From an uncultured Collinsella sp. (GTDB lineage: Bacteria; Actinomycetota; Coriobacteriia; Coriobacteriales; Coriobacteriaceae): a stretch of DNA of 64,000 nt. The stretch is from contig CAAFZX010000014.1 of assembly GCA_900767675.1 (NCBI GenBank), forward strand, positions 269 through 64,268, written 5' to 3'. Under the pieces are notes generated by a model. It saw nothing but the letters and a program-made list of their open reading frames with translations. It was not told the origin of the DNA and did not search any database. Position numbers and translations under genes: made by a program. Positions 31,154-41,501 of the stretch are shown one piece after another (within the stretch, counting starts at the first letter, position 1; each line of letters begins with the position of its first letter).

Positions 31154-31651
31154 CTAGCGCTCACGCGCGACGATGAGCTGGTCCATCTCCTCGACATGCT
31201 CGCCAACGGAGCCTTTGATGCTCGAGAACTCAACGGAGTTGCACACCAAGATGGGAACCGTCACATCGTAACCCTCGGCAGCAATTGCCTCGCGATCGAA
31301 CTCGATGAGCACATCGCCCTTATGGACGATGTCACCCACTTGCGCATGTACAGTAAAGTGCTTGCCCTCGAGCTGAACAGTGTCCAAACCAACGTGGATG
31401 AGCACGTCCAAGCCATCGACCGTGTTGAGCGCAACGGCGTGACCCGTGGGAAAAATGGCCTCGACCTTGGCGTCTGCCGGCGCAATCACACGCGTACCCG
31501 TAGGCTGAATGGCAACGCCCTGGCCCAAAAGGCCGGTGGCAAACGTCTGATCGTTTACCTCGGAGAGCGGAATGACGTCGCCCGAGATGGGAGCATCCAG
31601 CGTAAGGACTCGACCACGCATACCAAAAGACCTTAGGACTTTAGTGAACAT
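31154..31651 (-). CDS. crr: PTS glucose-family EIIA component
   Basis: FPTGHA, LIHVGLDTVQLEG. Confidence 0.9.
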   Translation of the reverse strand: MFTKVLRSFGMRGRVLTLDAPISGDVIPLSEVNDQTFATGLLGQGVAIQPTGTRVIAPADAKVEAIFPTGHAVALNTVDGLDVLIHVGLDTVQLEGKHFTVHAQVGDIVHKGDVLIEFDREAIAAEGYDVTVPILVCNSVEFSSIKGSVGEHVEEMDQLIVARER

Positions 31652-31722
31652 GCTCCCCCTCAGACATACCAATCAATCAAAATTGCTTTAACAGTTTACC
31701 ACTTGGCACCCGTTTTTGACCA

Positions 31723-33060
31723 TTAGGGAAGTTCACGCTTGACAACCTCGACGATGTCGTCGACAACGCGCTGGGTGAGCTCGTGCGTCTCCGCCTCGGC
31801 CATAACGCGAACCAGCGGCTCGGTACCGCTCGGGCGCACCAAGATGCGGCCGCGGCCGTTGAGCTCCTTCTCGGCGGCAGCGACGGCGTCCCAAATGGGC
31901 TGGCAATCGTCCAGGCCGGCCTTGTTGTCCGAATGCACGTTGACGAGTACCTGCGGGTACTTCTTCATGATGCCGGCAAGGTCGGTGAGGGTGCGGCCGG
32001 TGCGCTTGAGCACGGCCAGCAGCTGCAGGGCCGTCACCAAGCCGTCGCCGGTGGTGTTGTGCTCCAGGAAGATGATGTGGCCGGACTGCTCGCCACCGAT
32101 GACGGCGCCATCCGCGAGCATGCGCTCAAGAACATAGCGGTCGCCCACGGCGGTCTGGACCATCTCGAAGCCCTGCTCCTTCATTGCGATGGAGAAGCCC
32201 AGGTTGCACATAACAGTCGAGACGATCTCGGAATTGGCGAGCTTGCCGCGAGCGGCCAGGTCGGAGCCGCAGATGGCAAGAATGTAGTCGCCATCGATCT
32301 CGTTGCCCTCGCTGTCCACGAACAGCACGCGATCGGCGTCGCCGTCGTGGGCCAGGCCGATGTCGGCGTGGGTTCGCAGCACGAGCTCGCGCAGGGGCTC
32401 AAGGTGCGTAGAGCCGCACTCAACGTTAATGTCGGTGCCGCAGTAATCGGTGTTGATGGCATGGACCGTGGCGCCCAGGCGCTGCAGCGCGGCGGGCGTG
32501 GTCTGGCAGGAAGCACCGTGGCCGCAGTCGACGGCAACAACCAGGCCATCGAGTTTAAGGCCGTCGAGCGTGCTGATGGCATGATCGACATAGGCCTTGC
32601 GGGCGTCTTTCATCTTGATGATATGACCCACACCGGCGCCGGTCGGCAGCGTGTCGGCAGCCATGGCCTCCTCGGACATGACCCAGGCGCTGATCTCTTC
32701 CTCGACAGCATCGGGAAGCTTCATGCCCTTGCGGCTAAAGAACTTGATGCCGTTGAACTCCGGCGGATTGTGCGAAGCGGAGATGACGATGCCGCCGTCG
32801 AGCTCGTTTTGGACGGTGAGCAGCGCCACGGCCGGCGTAGGGATAACGCCGCAGCAATGCGGACGGCCGCCCTCTGCCATAATGCCAGCGGTCAGAGCAC
32901 TCTCGAGCATGGTACCCGAAAGACGCGTGTCGCGGCCGATGCAGATGTCCGGGCCAAGGAACTTGGTCGCCGCGCGGCCCAGGCGAAACGCGAGGTCGCA
33001 CGAGAGGTCGGCGTTGGCGACGCCACGGACGCCATCGGTACCGAAGATGTTCTGGGGCAT
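31723..33060 (-). CDS. glmM: Phosphoglucosamine mutase
   Basis: FGTDGVRG, ISASHNP, DGDADR, GGEQSGH, RPSGTEP. Confidence 0.95.
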   Translation of the reverse strand: MPQNIFGTDGVRGVANADLSCDLAFRLGRAATKFLGPDICIGRDTRLSGTMLESALTAGIMAEGGRPHCCGVIPTPAVALLTVQNELDGGIVISASHNPPEFNGIKFFSRKGMKLPDAVEEEISAWVMSEEAMAADTLPTGAGVGHIIKMKDARKAYVDHAISTLDGLKLDGLVVAVDCGHGASCQTTPAALQRLGATVHAINTDYCGTDINVECGSTHLEPLRELVLRTHADIGLAHDGDADRVLFVDSEGNEIDGDYILAICGSDLAARGKLANSEIVSTVMCNLGFSIAMKEQGFEMVQTAVGDRYVLERMLADGAVIGGEQSGHIIFLEHNTTGDGLVTALQLLAVLKRTGRTLTDLAGIMKKYPQVLVNVHSDNKAGLDDCQPIWDAVAAAEKELNGRGRILVRPSGTEPLVRVMAEAETHELTQRVVDDIVEVVKRELP

Positions 33061-33182
33061 AGGATCGCTCCTTCCCAAGTGGGCAAAACGAAGCCGCCCA
33101 CCCTAGTCGAAAAGAAAAGCGGGACCCACCGAGCAGTCGGTAGGCCCCGCTTGTACATTGTATCTCGTAAGGAGATAAAACC

Positions 33183-33578
<396 letters not shown>

Positions 33579-33580
33579 CT

Positions 33581-34024
33581 TTAAGCCTCCAGCTCAATCT
33601 TCGTGGGGTTCTGGGCAGCGTGCGGATGCTCGGCACCAGCGTAGACCTTAAGCTTGGTCATCTGGGCACGGCCGAGGGTGGTCTTGGGCAGCATGCCGCG
33701 GACGGCGCGCTCGATGACCTTCTCCGGGTGCTTCTCCATAGCCTGGCGGAAGCTCTCAGCCTTGAGGCCGCCGTTGTAGCCGCTGTGGCGATAATAGGTC
33801 TTCGTGTCGGCCTTGTTACCGGTAAGCTGGACCTTATCGGCGTTGATGACGACAACGAAGTCGCCGCAGTCGCTGTTGGGCGTGAACTGGGGCTTGTTCT
33901 TACCGCGCAGGATCATTGCGATCTGGGTGGCAAGACGGCCCAGGACAGCACCATCGGCGTCGACGAGAACCCAGTTGCGCTGGACCTCGCCCTGCTTGGC
34001 GTAGTGAGTCGATTTCGAAATCAC
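33581..34024 (-). CDS. rplM: 50S ribosomal protein L13
   Basis: WVLVDA, LGRLA, LRGKNKP, RHSGY, HPHAAQ. Confidence 0.98.
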   Translation of the reverse strand: MISKSTHYAKQGEVQRNWVLVDADGAVLGRLATQIAMILRGKNKPQFTPNSDCGDFVVVINADKVQLTGNKADTKTYYRHSGYNGGLKAESFRQAMEKHPEKVIERAVRGMLPKTTLGRAQMTKLKVYAGAEHPHAAQNPTKIELEA

Positions 34025-34181
34025 TTAGACTCCTCCATGTACAGTACGTGTTGTTACAGAGATTCACGGGGCTCTGCAAGTAACCCGTCCATATTACCCC
34101 GCTCGCCGCCCGAGTCAACAGGTATTTTGGCTCCGACCAGAGTTTCTGCACATGTCATCCACGGGTCATGACGTCGCGACA

Positions 34182-35060
34182 CTAGCGCTCGACAAATGCC
34201 TCGATATCCCCCAGCAAGCGCTTTGCCTCCTGACGGCCCTGAATATACAGGTCGAGGAGCTTGGCCGAATCGTGCTCGACATGGCCGACCTCGACCGGCT
34301 TTTGCGGAGCAATGACCAGAGCGCGGCCCTCGCGCTCATACTTCCACAGGTGCATGCGCTGGAGGTTATAGCGGTCGTGGCGCGTCTCGATAGCCTCGAG
34401 CAGATAGGGGTAGTCGGCGTAGCGGGCGCGCGCGGCCGGCAAAAACTCGTAGGGCTTTTTCTCATACGAGCGGTCCTGCGTGACAATGACAACCGCGCGA
34501 TCGAAGCCCGCCTCCTCCAGCACGTGCTCGATGGGAACCGAATCGGCCACGCCGCCGTCGACGTATTTGTGCCCATCGATCTCGACCGGCGGCGTCACCA
34601 GCGGCAGCGACGTCGAGGCGCGCACGGCGTCGAGGTCAAGTACGGCGCTTTTGACCGGCAGGTACGCGGCGGTTCCAAAGAGCATGTCCGTCGCGACGGC
34701 GTACATCTCGATGGGGCTCGCGCCGAACGTCTCGTTGTCAAAGGGATCCAGGCGGTCCTGGACATCGTTGAAGATAAAATCGTAACCCACAATAGAACCC
34801 GTGGACGCAAACGATGCGGCGCCCATGAAGCGGTTGTCGTTGCAGAAAGCCAGGTTGATGCGGTTGGCACGGCCGATCTGGTGCGACTTGTAGTTCACGC
34901 CGTTGAGAGCGCCGGCCGATACGCCATATACCGCCGGAATCTCGACACCGGCCTCCATGAGAACGTCGAGCACGCCTGCGGTAAATTGCCCGCGGAAGCT
35001 GCCGCCCTCCAAAACGAGCGCGACCTTACCGGCGTTCTTTGCCTTATCTTCTGCATTCAT
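34182..35060 (-). CDS. Patatin-family phospholipase (YjjU-like)
   Basis: LEGGSFRG, GVSAG, DGG motifs. Confidence 0.9.
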   Translation of the reverse strand: MNAEDKAKNAGKVALVLEGGSFRGQFTAGVLDVLMEAGVEIPAVYGVSAGALNGVNYKSHQIGRANRINLAFCNDNRFMGAASFASTGSIVGYDFIFNDVQDRLDPFDNETFGASPIEMYAVATDMLFGTAAYLPVKSAVLDLDAVRASTSLPLVTPPVEIDGHKYVDGGVADSVPIEHVLEEAGFDRAVVIVTQDRSYEKKPYEFLPAARARYADYPYLLEAIETRHDRYNLQRMHLWKYEREGRALVIAPQKPVEVGHVEHDSAKLLDLYIQGRQEAKRLLGDIEAFVER

Positions 35061-35248
35061 ATTGACCTCCTGCGATTGCGTTTTGGCTTTCTTCTACCCA
35101 GTTTTGGAATGGAGGGCGCATAGGTTTTGGAGTTGAGAATATGGAGCGGAAAGCGTGTCCCAGTTTGAGGCGGGATTCCGGGATGAACTTTCCGCTTGGA
35201 CCGCCGTTGGGAAAGCGCGTCCCACCCTGCGTTGCCGCGACGTTTTCC

Positions 35249-35495
35249 TAACGCCCGCGCCCTGCACAGAGTTCGATTCTCCGCGGGTTTGGGGTTCCGT
35301 TGATGCGGCGCATGGCCGGCTGAGATTCGATAACATCGCATCCATATTGGGCTGATAGTTTGCGCGGAGAATCCGCGTATTTGCTTCGCAAATCCGCACC
35401 GGCTTCGGCCGGCTGCCGCCGCCCTCGCCCGCTCGCTACAAACGCTTCGCGTTTGCTTAACGCTCGCGCCCTGCACAGAGTTCGATTCTCCGCGG
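35249..35495 (-). repeat. tmRNA-linked repeat (period 209 bp) with antisense T-arm copy
   Basis: 38-nt repeat at 35249-35286 and 35458-35495 (37/38 identical); partial tmRNA 3' copy at 35362-35373. Confidence 0.85.
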
Positions 35496-35509
35496 TATCT
35501 GTAAGTAAT

Positions 35510-35541
35510 AAAAAAGCAGGTAGAGACACTTCTCTACCTGC
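35510..35541 (-). terminator. tmRNA terminator
   Basis: GCAGGTAGAGA/TCTCTACCTGC stem with T-tract on the minus strand. Confidence 0.8.
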
Positions 35542-35551
35542 CTGTAACTAT

Positions 35552-35915
35552 TGGTGGAGGCGCGGAGAATCGAACTCCGGTCCACGAAAGCCCCCTGATT
35601 GGCATCTCCAAGCTCAGTCGCTGGTTTTGTCTCAGACGCTTTGCGCGCAGCGACACGCTCGCGGCGTCCTAACCGGTTCGGTCTTAGCCTGCGCCATACC
35701 GATTACGTGCGCAGGAGCATTCCCCTAAAATGACGTCGCGCCGGTGTCGGGGAAATCACCGGGTTGACGCGCCGCTATAAACTAAGCAGCGAGAGCCATA
35801 GGCTCAAAAGAAGAGTTGTTGTCAATTCAATTTGACGGTACCCCTGTTTAACGAGGCGAGGAGACCTCGGCTTGCTTCCTCTCTCAGAGCTATCGTGTCG
35901 AAACCAGTCGCCCCC
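35552..35915 (-). ncRNA. ssrA: tmRNA; predicted tag (A)DNNSSFEPMALAA
   Basis: 5' GGGGGCGACTGGTTTCGAC, 3' CGGAG-TTCGATT-CTCCG-CGCCTCCACCA with G3:U pair; tag reading frame 35782-35823 ending ALAA*. Confidence 0.96.
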
Positions 35916-36152
35916 GAATGTCGGGAAAGTCTGGATGGCATTGGGCACGAGCACCCAACACCCGTCGACTTTTCAAGGAACATGCGGGATGAGCCCCGCT
36001 TGTGGAGTGTTATCTTACCACGTTCTGAAAGCGGACAGCTGTTCTATGCACGAGCTGTGAAGACCCCAATGTGCGCCACACTTCGCACTTTTGCTACCGA
36101 ACGCGTCACGTATATTTTCGCCAAGCACAATTGACCCGTCGAAAGGACCGTT

Positions 36153-36587
36153 ATGGATACCAAGCAGCAACTCGTCAATGCCCTCGCAGGCCTGGGCTCG
36201 ACCATTACCGAAGCTATGGATGTCATCGAGGGCTTTGTCCCCTGCGGACATCCCGCCCTCACGGTATCGAACGCACTCGTCGCGCTGGACGCTGACGATG
36301 ATGCAGCTCTCGCCCAGCAGCTTGAGACCGTCGAGGGCTTTATCGACCACGTGAGTGAGAACCGCGGCGTGGCCGCTTACCACGGCATCGAGGTCGAGCT
36401 CGCGGGTCCCAAAGCCGATCTGCTCGCAGCAATCCGCAAGGTAGGCGCCCTTATGCAAACCGCAGGCGTCAAGAACACCCAGGTCAACGAGTGGGTCTAC
36501 CGCAGTCTGGCGGCACTCGACAGCTCCGACGAAAAGGCAGCCGAGCAGCTCGCAGAAAGTCCCGCCATTAAGGCCGAGCTTTTGTAA
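36153..36587 (+). CDS. Hypothetical protein
   Basis: AAAGGA RBS, 144 aa, typical codon usage. Confidence 0.8.
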   Translation: MDTKQQLVNALAGLGSTITEAMDVIEGFVPCGHPALTVSNALVALDADDDAALAQQLETVEGFIDHVSENRGVAAYHGIEVELAGPKADLLAAIRKVGALMQTAGVKNTQVNEWVYRSLAALDSSDEKAAEQLAESPAIKAELL

Positions 36588-36645
36588 ATAGCAGGCGCGG
36601 GTCCCTTGGCGCATCGTCGTCCAAGAGGCCCGCGAACAGTTCGCG

Positions 36646-37203
36646 TCAACCGATAGCCGTGCCGCCGCGTTTGGCCAAAGCAAAAATCGGCATCATTTGA
36701 CTAGGTGTCTTTGCTGCAAGATCGGCATGTCCGAGCAGTTTGCGATCGTTGGTCACCAAGTAATCGACCTGTGCCCGCTTGCACGCGGCGAGCACCAAGT
36801 TGTCCTCGTAATCGCGATGGAGCGCTAAGTATTTGTCGGCAAGCCAAAGGTCCGACGCATCTGCACCCACGGCCGTGGCGTTTTCGGTCATGTTCCGAAC
36901 AAACGCCAACGCCGCATCGCAAATTGCACGGGCAGATGCCTCGTCGAGCGCTCCCCCACTGGCAAGAACGCTACGCTTCAGCTCGTGTTGGACAACGTAC
37001 AGTACGTCCTTGGCGATATGCACCGGGAAGAACAGCAACGCCCCCGTCTCCGTCGCCTGCCCAATAAACGCACGCGCAGCAAGCGACTCAGCATGGTCGA
37101 CGCAAAACGAATCGACCCAAACGTTGGCATCCAAATGCAAAAGGCCTGCGCCCGGACGACACCGATGCCGTCTGGGCGCAGGCCAGATAACGTGGGTGAA
37201 CAC
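36646..37203 (-). CDS. PIN-domain protein; start uncertain, possibly truncated
   Basis: LDANVWVD, DYEDNLVLAAC, YLVTND acidic PIN motifs. Confidence 0.7.
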   Translation of the reverse strand: MFTHVIWPAPRRHRCRPGAGLLHLDANVWVDSFCVDHAESLAARAFIGQATETGALLFFPVHIAKDVLYVVQHELKRSVLASGGALDEASARAICDAALAFVRNMTENATAVGADASDLWLADKYLALHRDYEDNLVLAACKRAQVDYLVTNDRKLLGHADLAAKTPSQMMPIFALAKRGGTAIG

Positions 37204-37208
37204 GTCTG

Positions 37209-39284
37209 CTAACGCAGATATGCCTTGGCGTTGCCCAGGCTGTAGGCGATCGTTGAGCCGTTGTGCAGCAGTGACGACGTCTGCGGAGTGATCATGCCGG
37301 TAATACCCAATGCCAACAGCGCCGAGTTGGTGAGCATCACCTTGGAATACGAACTCGTCAGACGGTCGATGAGACCCTGACTCATGCGGCGCAGGCGCAC
37401 GATCGCGGCCAGATCCGTATCGGTCAGGATGATATCGGCGACTTCCTTGGCGATGTCGCTTCCGCCACCCATGGCCAGGCCCACGTCGGCCAAACCGAGC
37501 GCCGGCGAATCGTTGACGCCGTCGCCCACCATGGCAACATGGCGCCCCTCGCTCTTAATGCGTTCCACATAGGCGTACTTGTCCTCGGGCAGCAGTTCGG
37601 CCTTAAACTCGTCGACACCCGCCTCGCGCGCAATGCGCTCGGCCGTGCGCTCGGAATCGCCCGTGAGCATAACGACATGCTTGACGCCCAGCGCATGCAG
37701 GTCGGCGATGGCCTCACGGACCCCAGGCTTGAGCGGATCTTCGATGCCGAGCACGCCGACGACCGTGCCGTCGACCGCCAGGTACAGCGGCGACAAGCCC
37801 TGCATCTGGGACTCGATGCGCTCCTTGATGTCGGACTCGAGCTGCGCGCCCTCATCCTCGAATACAAAGTGCGCTGAACCGATGATTGCGCGACGCCCTT
37901 CGATGGACGAAGCGATGCCGTGTGCCACGATGTACTCGACGGCGGCATGGCGCTCGCGATGCTCGAGCTCGCGCTCGCGTGCCGCATTGACCACAGCGCG
38001 CGCCACCGGATGCGGAAAATGCTCCTCCAAGCAAGCGGAAAGGCGCAGGACCTCGTCCTCACTCCAGCCATCGGTCGTCAGCACGCAAGCCAGGCGCGGC
38101 TGCGCCTCGGTGAGCGTGCCGGTCTTGTCAAACACAATGGTGTCGGCCTTGGCAAACGACTCAAAGTACTTCGCGCCCTTGACCATGACGCCCATCTTGG
38201 CAGCATCGCTCATGGCAGTCATGACGGCGACTGAACCCGTAAGCTTGAGTGCGCACGAGTAGTCGACCATCAGCGCCGCCGAGGTCTTGATGAGGCTGCG
38301 GGTGGTAAGCGCAACCAGGCCCGCGAGCAGGAAGTTCCACGGAACGATCTTGTTGGCGAGGTCCTCCATGTGCGACTGGCCCTCGGACTTAAGCGAGTCG
38401 GCCGTCTGCACGAGCGAGACGATCGAGCGCAGTTTGGTTTGCGCCGTATTGGCGCGCACGCGCACCAAGATGCTGCCGTCTTCCACGACGGTTCCGGCGA
38501 ACACGTCGTCGCCCACGCTGCGTTCGACGGCCAGCGGCTCGCCGGTCAGGGTCGCCTGGTTGACCATAGCGCTCCCCTGCTCGACAACACCGTCGATGCA
38601 AATGGACATGCCAGTGCGCACGGCCACCAAGTCGCCGGGCTCGAGCTCGGTGGCGGCAACGCTTACCTCGGTGTCGCCGACGACCTTTTGCGCCTTATCG
38701 GGCACATCGAGCAGCGAGTTGATGAGCTCGTTTTCGCTCATGGCGCGGGTGTAGTCCTCGAGCAGCTCGCCCACGTTGAGCAGGAACATCGTCTGGCCCG
38801 CGGTGTCGACATCACGTTTGACAAACGAGATACCAATGGCCGAAGCGTCGAGCACAGGAACGGTCAGGCGCGGCTGCGCCAGCTCATGAAGGGCAGCGCG
38901 CAAAAATGCCATGTAACCGGCCACGACAAACACCGCACGCAGAGGCGTCGGCAAGAACCAGCGACGTGCGTAATGGGCACCGATAAGTGTGGCAAGATCC
39001 ATGACGAGCTTGTGCTTGCGTGGCTCAAGCTGCATCACGTAGCCTGTCTTTGCGTCGGCAATGGCCTGAGCGTCGAGCGCACCGACGGCGGCCAGCACGG
39101 CATCGCGGCGCGACTCGTCGTATTCGAGCGCCATCTGGCCGATGCGGCCGTAGACGCGCACCTTGCGCACGCCATCGATGCCGCTGCTGAGCTTAAGAAG
39201 CGCATCGAGATCGCCCTCTGGCACAGGACCCGCCAATTGAAGACGGGTCCTGCCGGGGATCTCACTAATAATCGAGAATCTCAT
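37209..39284 (-). CDS. Heavy-metal P1B-type ATPase (SCA-motif subgroup)
   Basis: TGEP, DYSCAL, DKTGTLT, HP, GDGVNDSP. Confidence 0.93.
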   Translation of the reverse strand: MRFSIISEIPGRTRLQLAGPVPEGDLDALLKLSSGIDGVRKVRVYGRIGQMALEYDESRRDAVLAAVGALDAQAIADAKTGYVMQLEPRKHKLVMDLATLIGAHYARRWFLPTPLRAVFVVAGYMAFLRAALHELAQPRLTVPVLDASAIGISFVKRDVDTAGQTMFLLNVGELLEDYTRAMSENELINSLLDVPDKAQKVVGDTEVSVAATELEPGDLVAVRTGMSICIDGVVEQGSAMVNQATLTGEPLAVERSVGDDVFAGTVVEDGSILVRVRANTAQTKLRSIVSLVQTADSLKSEGQSHMEDLANKIVPWNFLLAGLVALTTRSLIKTSAALMVDYSCALKLTGSVAVMTAMSDAAKMGVMVKGAKYFESFAKADTIVFDKTGTLTEAQPRLACVLTTDGWSEDEVLRLSACLEEHFPHPVARAVVNAARERELEHRERHAAVEYIVAHGIASSIEGRRAIIGSAHFVFEDEGAQLESDIKERIESQMQGLSPLYLAVDGTVVGVLGIEDPLKPGVREAIADLHALGVKHVVMLTGDSERTAERIAREAGVDEFKAELLPEDKYAYVERIKSEGRHVAMVGDGVNDSPALGLADVGLAMGGGSDIAKEVADIILTDTDLAAIVRLRRMSQGLIDRLTSSYSKVMLTNSALLALGITGMITPQTSSLLHNGSTIAYSLGNAKAYLR

Positions 39285-39302
39285 AGTTTGTGCCTGGGAG
39301 CG

Positions 39303-39548
39303 TTACTCGGCTGCCTCGTCAGCAGCGGCCTCGCTCTGGGTGATGTAAGCAGCCTCGGCAACCATGTCGTCGACATTAGCCTTGGCCTGCTCGACCATGT
39401 CCTGGTAGCCGTTCTTGATGCGCATACCGCACGCAATACCCTGCACGCAGGCATTCTTGACCGGAGCGCTGGTAAGCAGCTTGATGCCGGCCGTGCCAAG
39501 CAGAAAACCGCCACCGACAAGCAGGGTATTGAACGTCGACTTCTTCAT
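39303..39548 (-). CDS. Small membrane-anchored partner of the P1B ATPase (DUF1490/DUF6110-like)
   Basis: 81 aa, N-terminal hydrophobic segment, AKANVDDMVAEA; GGGAG RBS. Confidence 0.75.
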   Translation of the reverse strand: MKKSTFNTLLVGGGFLLGTAGIKLLTSAPVKNACVQGIACGMRIKNGYQDMVEQAKANVDDMVAEAAYITQSEAAADEAAE

Positions 39549-39656
39549 GTTGCTTCTCCCTTTTGCCGCATTGGACGCGGCATGGTGCTTCAGCACCCGA
39601 GTAAACAAGTTTGCTCGAGCACGCTTTTGAAATATCTCAATTTTATCTAACTATCT

Positions 39657-39676
39657 AGGTCAGCCATGGCTAACCT
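39657..39676. promoter_or_regulatory. Palindromic operator candidate, DtxR/IdeR-like half sites
   Basis: AGGTCAGCCATGGCTAACCT; related GTTAGCCAAGGC at 43383-43394. Confidence 0.5.
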
Positions 39677-39743
39677 TTTGAAAAATAACGATGCGGAGTA
39701 ACCGATTGTCAATGTGACAAAGGGACTGTTCCTTTGCCCCTTC

Positions 39744-41501
39744 TTACAGCTGCCAGGCAGCCGCTTCCTTTTGCAGCGCAACCATGCGGGCGAATTCTCC
39801 ACCTGCCGCCTTGAGCTGCGCCGGAGTGCCCTGCTCGGCAACCGCACCATCCTTGAGTACAACGATCTTATCGGCATTTTCTACCGTGCGCATACGGTGG
39901 GCGATCACGATAACTGTCTTTCCTGCGAGCAGGCGGGAGAGCGCCTGCTGCACCACGGTCTCGTTCTCCACATCCAAACTCGCCGTCGCCTCGTCCAGCA
40001 ACACAATCGGCGCATCTTTGAGCAGCGCGCGGGCGATGGAGATGCGCTGGCGCTCGCCGCCGGACAGCTTGGAGCCGTTCTCGCCGATCATGGTGTCATA
40101 GCCCTGCGGCATGCGGCTCACAAACTCGTCGCAGTTGGCGGCACGCGCGGCAGCAAGCACTTCCTCATCGGTGGCATCGCGACGACCAAGACGGATGTTT
40201 CCCATCACCGTGTCGTCAAAGAGCAGCACGTCTTGGAACACAATGGCGTAGTCGCGCAGCAGCACCTCGGGGTCCACGCTCGCAACATCCACGCCACCCA
40301 CGGTGACCGTGCCTTCGGTGGCGTCCCAAAAGCGCGCGGCCAGGCGGCTCACCGTAGACTTACCGGAACCCGAAGGACCGACCAGCGCCGTAACTTCGCC
40401 TTCCTTGGCGGTAAAGCTCACATCGGTAAGAACTTTCTCGCCGGCGCGGCCGTCCTCGCCCGCACCATAGCCAAATGCCACGTGATCGAACACCACATCG
40501 TGGCCCACGGGCTCAAATTTCTCGCTGCCCCGCGCCACAGGCTCTTCCATGATGGAACGCATGCGCTTGGCAGACGACTCGGCGACAAACAGCTCCGACA
40601 CGAGCATAAGGGCCTGATCAAACGGCGCGTAGATACGGCTCACCATAAGCAGGAAGGCAAACATCACCAAAAAGTCGACCTGCCCGGAGGCGACCATCGT
40701 GGCGCCCGTGACCAGCGTGGTGGCAATGCCCAGACGCAGAATGGAGAAGGCAGAGTTGACCAGAAGCCCGTTGACGAGCTCGCCTCTGGTGGTCTCGCGC
40801 TCCTCGACATCGATCACGGCGTTGAGCCCCTCAAGATAATGGGCCTCCTGGTTGGTGGCGCGGATTTCGCGCACGCAGTCGAGCGTCTCCTGGATCGCCT
40901 CGGTGACCTTGACCTTCTCGGCGCGCACGCGGTCGAACACCGGGGTCATGGGGCCGCGTGTTAGATACAGCACGGCAAAGGCCACGGGAATGCTCCAAAA
41001 CGCCGCGATCGCCAGCTGCCAGCAAAAGAACAGCGACGACACGAACACGATGGCACTTGCGATGATGGCGCCCCAGAGTTCTCCCAGCACATGGCTGTAG
41101 GCATGCTCCATAGTCTGAACGTCACCCATGATGGTCTCGGTTAAATCGGCCAGATCACGACGACCAAAAAACGACAGCGGCAGTTTGCGCAAGCGCTCGG
41201 CGATCTCCATACGCTGCTTGCCGCACTCCTCGTAAAAGATGCAGTAGGTGTAGTAATACTGTTGCCAGTTAGAGGCAAAGAGCAACACGAAAAAGACCAG
41301 GAGGCCGCCCACGATCGGCAGGGCATCCGGCAGGTCAGCCCCGCTGGCGAGATGCTCGACAAAGCCGGCCATAACCAGGAATAAAAAGCCCATGCCGGCC
41401 ATGGTAATAAGATTGGTGAGCGCGGTCCAGAAGACACCGCGTTTTACGCCGGCGATGCCTTTATCGGATAGGAAATACTTCTTTTGGAATGAGGCGAACA
41501 T
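39744..41501 (-). CDS. ABC transporter fused permease/ATPase (IrtB/YbtQ-like)
   Basis: Transmembrane domain, GPSGSGKST, LSGGERQR, LLDEATASLD. Confidence 0.9.
   Translation of the reverse strand: MFASFQKKYFLSDKGIAGVKRGVFWTALTNLITMAGMGFLFLVMAGFVEHLASGADLPDALPIVGGLLVFFVLLFASNWQQYYYTYCIFYEECGKQRMEIAERLRKLPLSFFGRRDLADLTETIMGDVQTMEHAYSHVLGELWGAIIASAIVFVSSLFFCWQLAIAAFWSIPVAFAVLYLTRGPMTPVFDRVRAEKVKVTEAIQETLDCVREIRATNQEAHYLEGLNAVIDVEERETTRGELVNGLLVNSAFSILRLGIATTLVTGATMVASGQVDFLVMFAFLLMVSRIYAPFDQALMLVSELFVAESSAKRMRSIMEEPVARGSEKFEPVGHDVVFDHVAFGYGAGEDGRAGEKVLTDVSFTAKEGEVTALVGPSGSGKSTVSRLAARFWDATEGTVTVGGVDVASVDPEVLLRDYAIVFQDVLLFDDTVMGNIRLGRRDATDEEVLAAARAANCDEFVSRMPQGYDTMIGENGSKLSGGERQRISIARALLKDAPIVLLDEATASLDVENETVVQQALSRLLAGKTVIVIAHRMRTVENADKIVVLKDGAVAEQGTPAQLKAAGGEFARMVALQKEAAAWQL

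Noticed and set aside
35145..35224. Short inverted (AGCGGAAAG/CTTTCCGCT) and direct (GGAAAGCGYGTCCCA) repeats
   Set aside because: Short and seen only once in the window; insufficient to define an element
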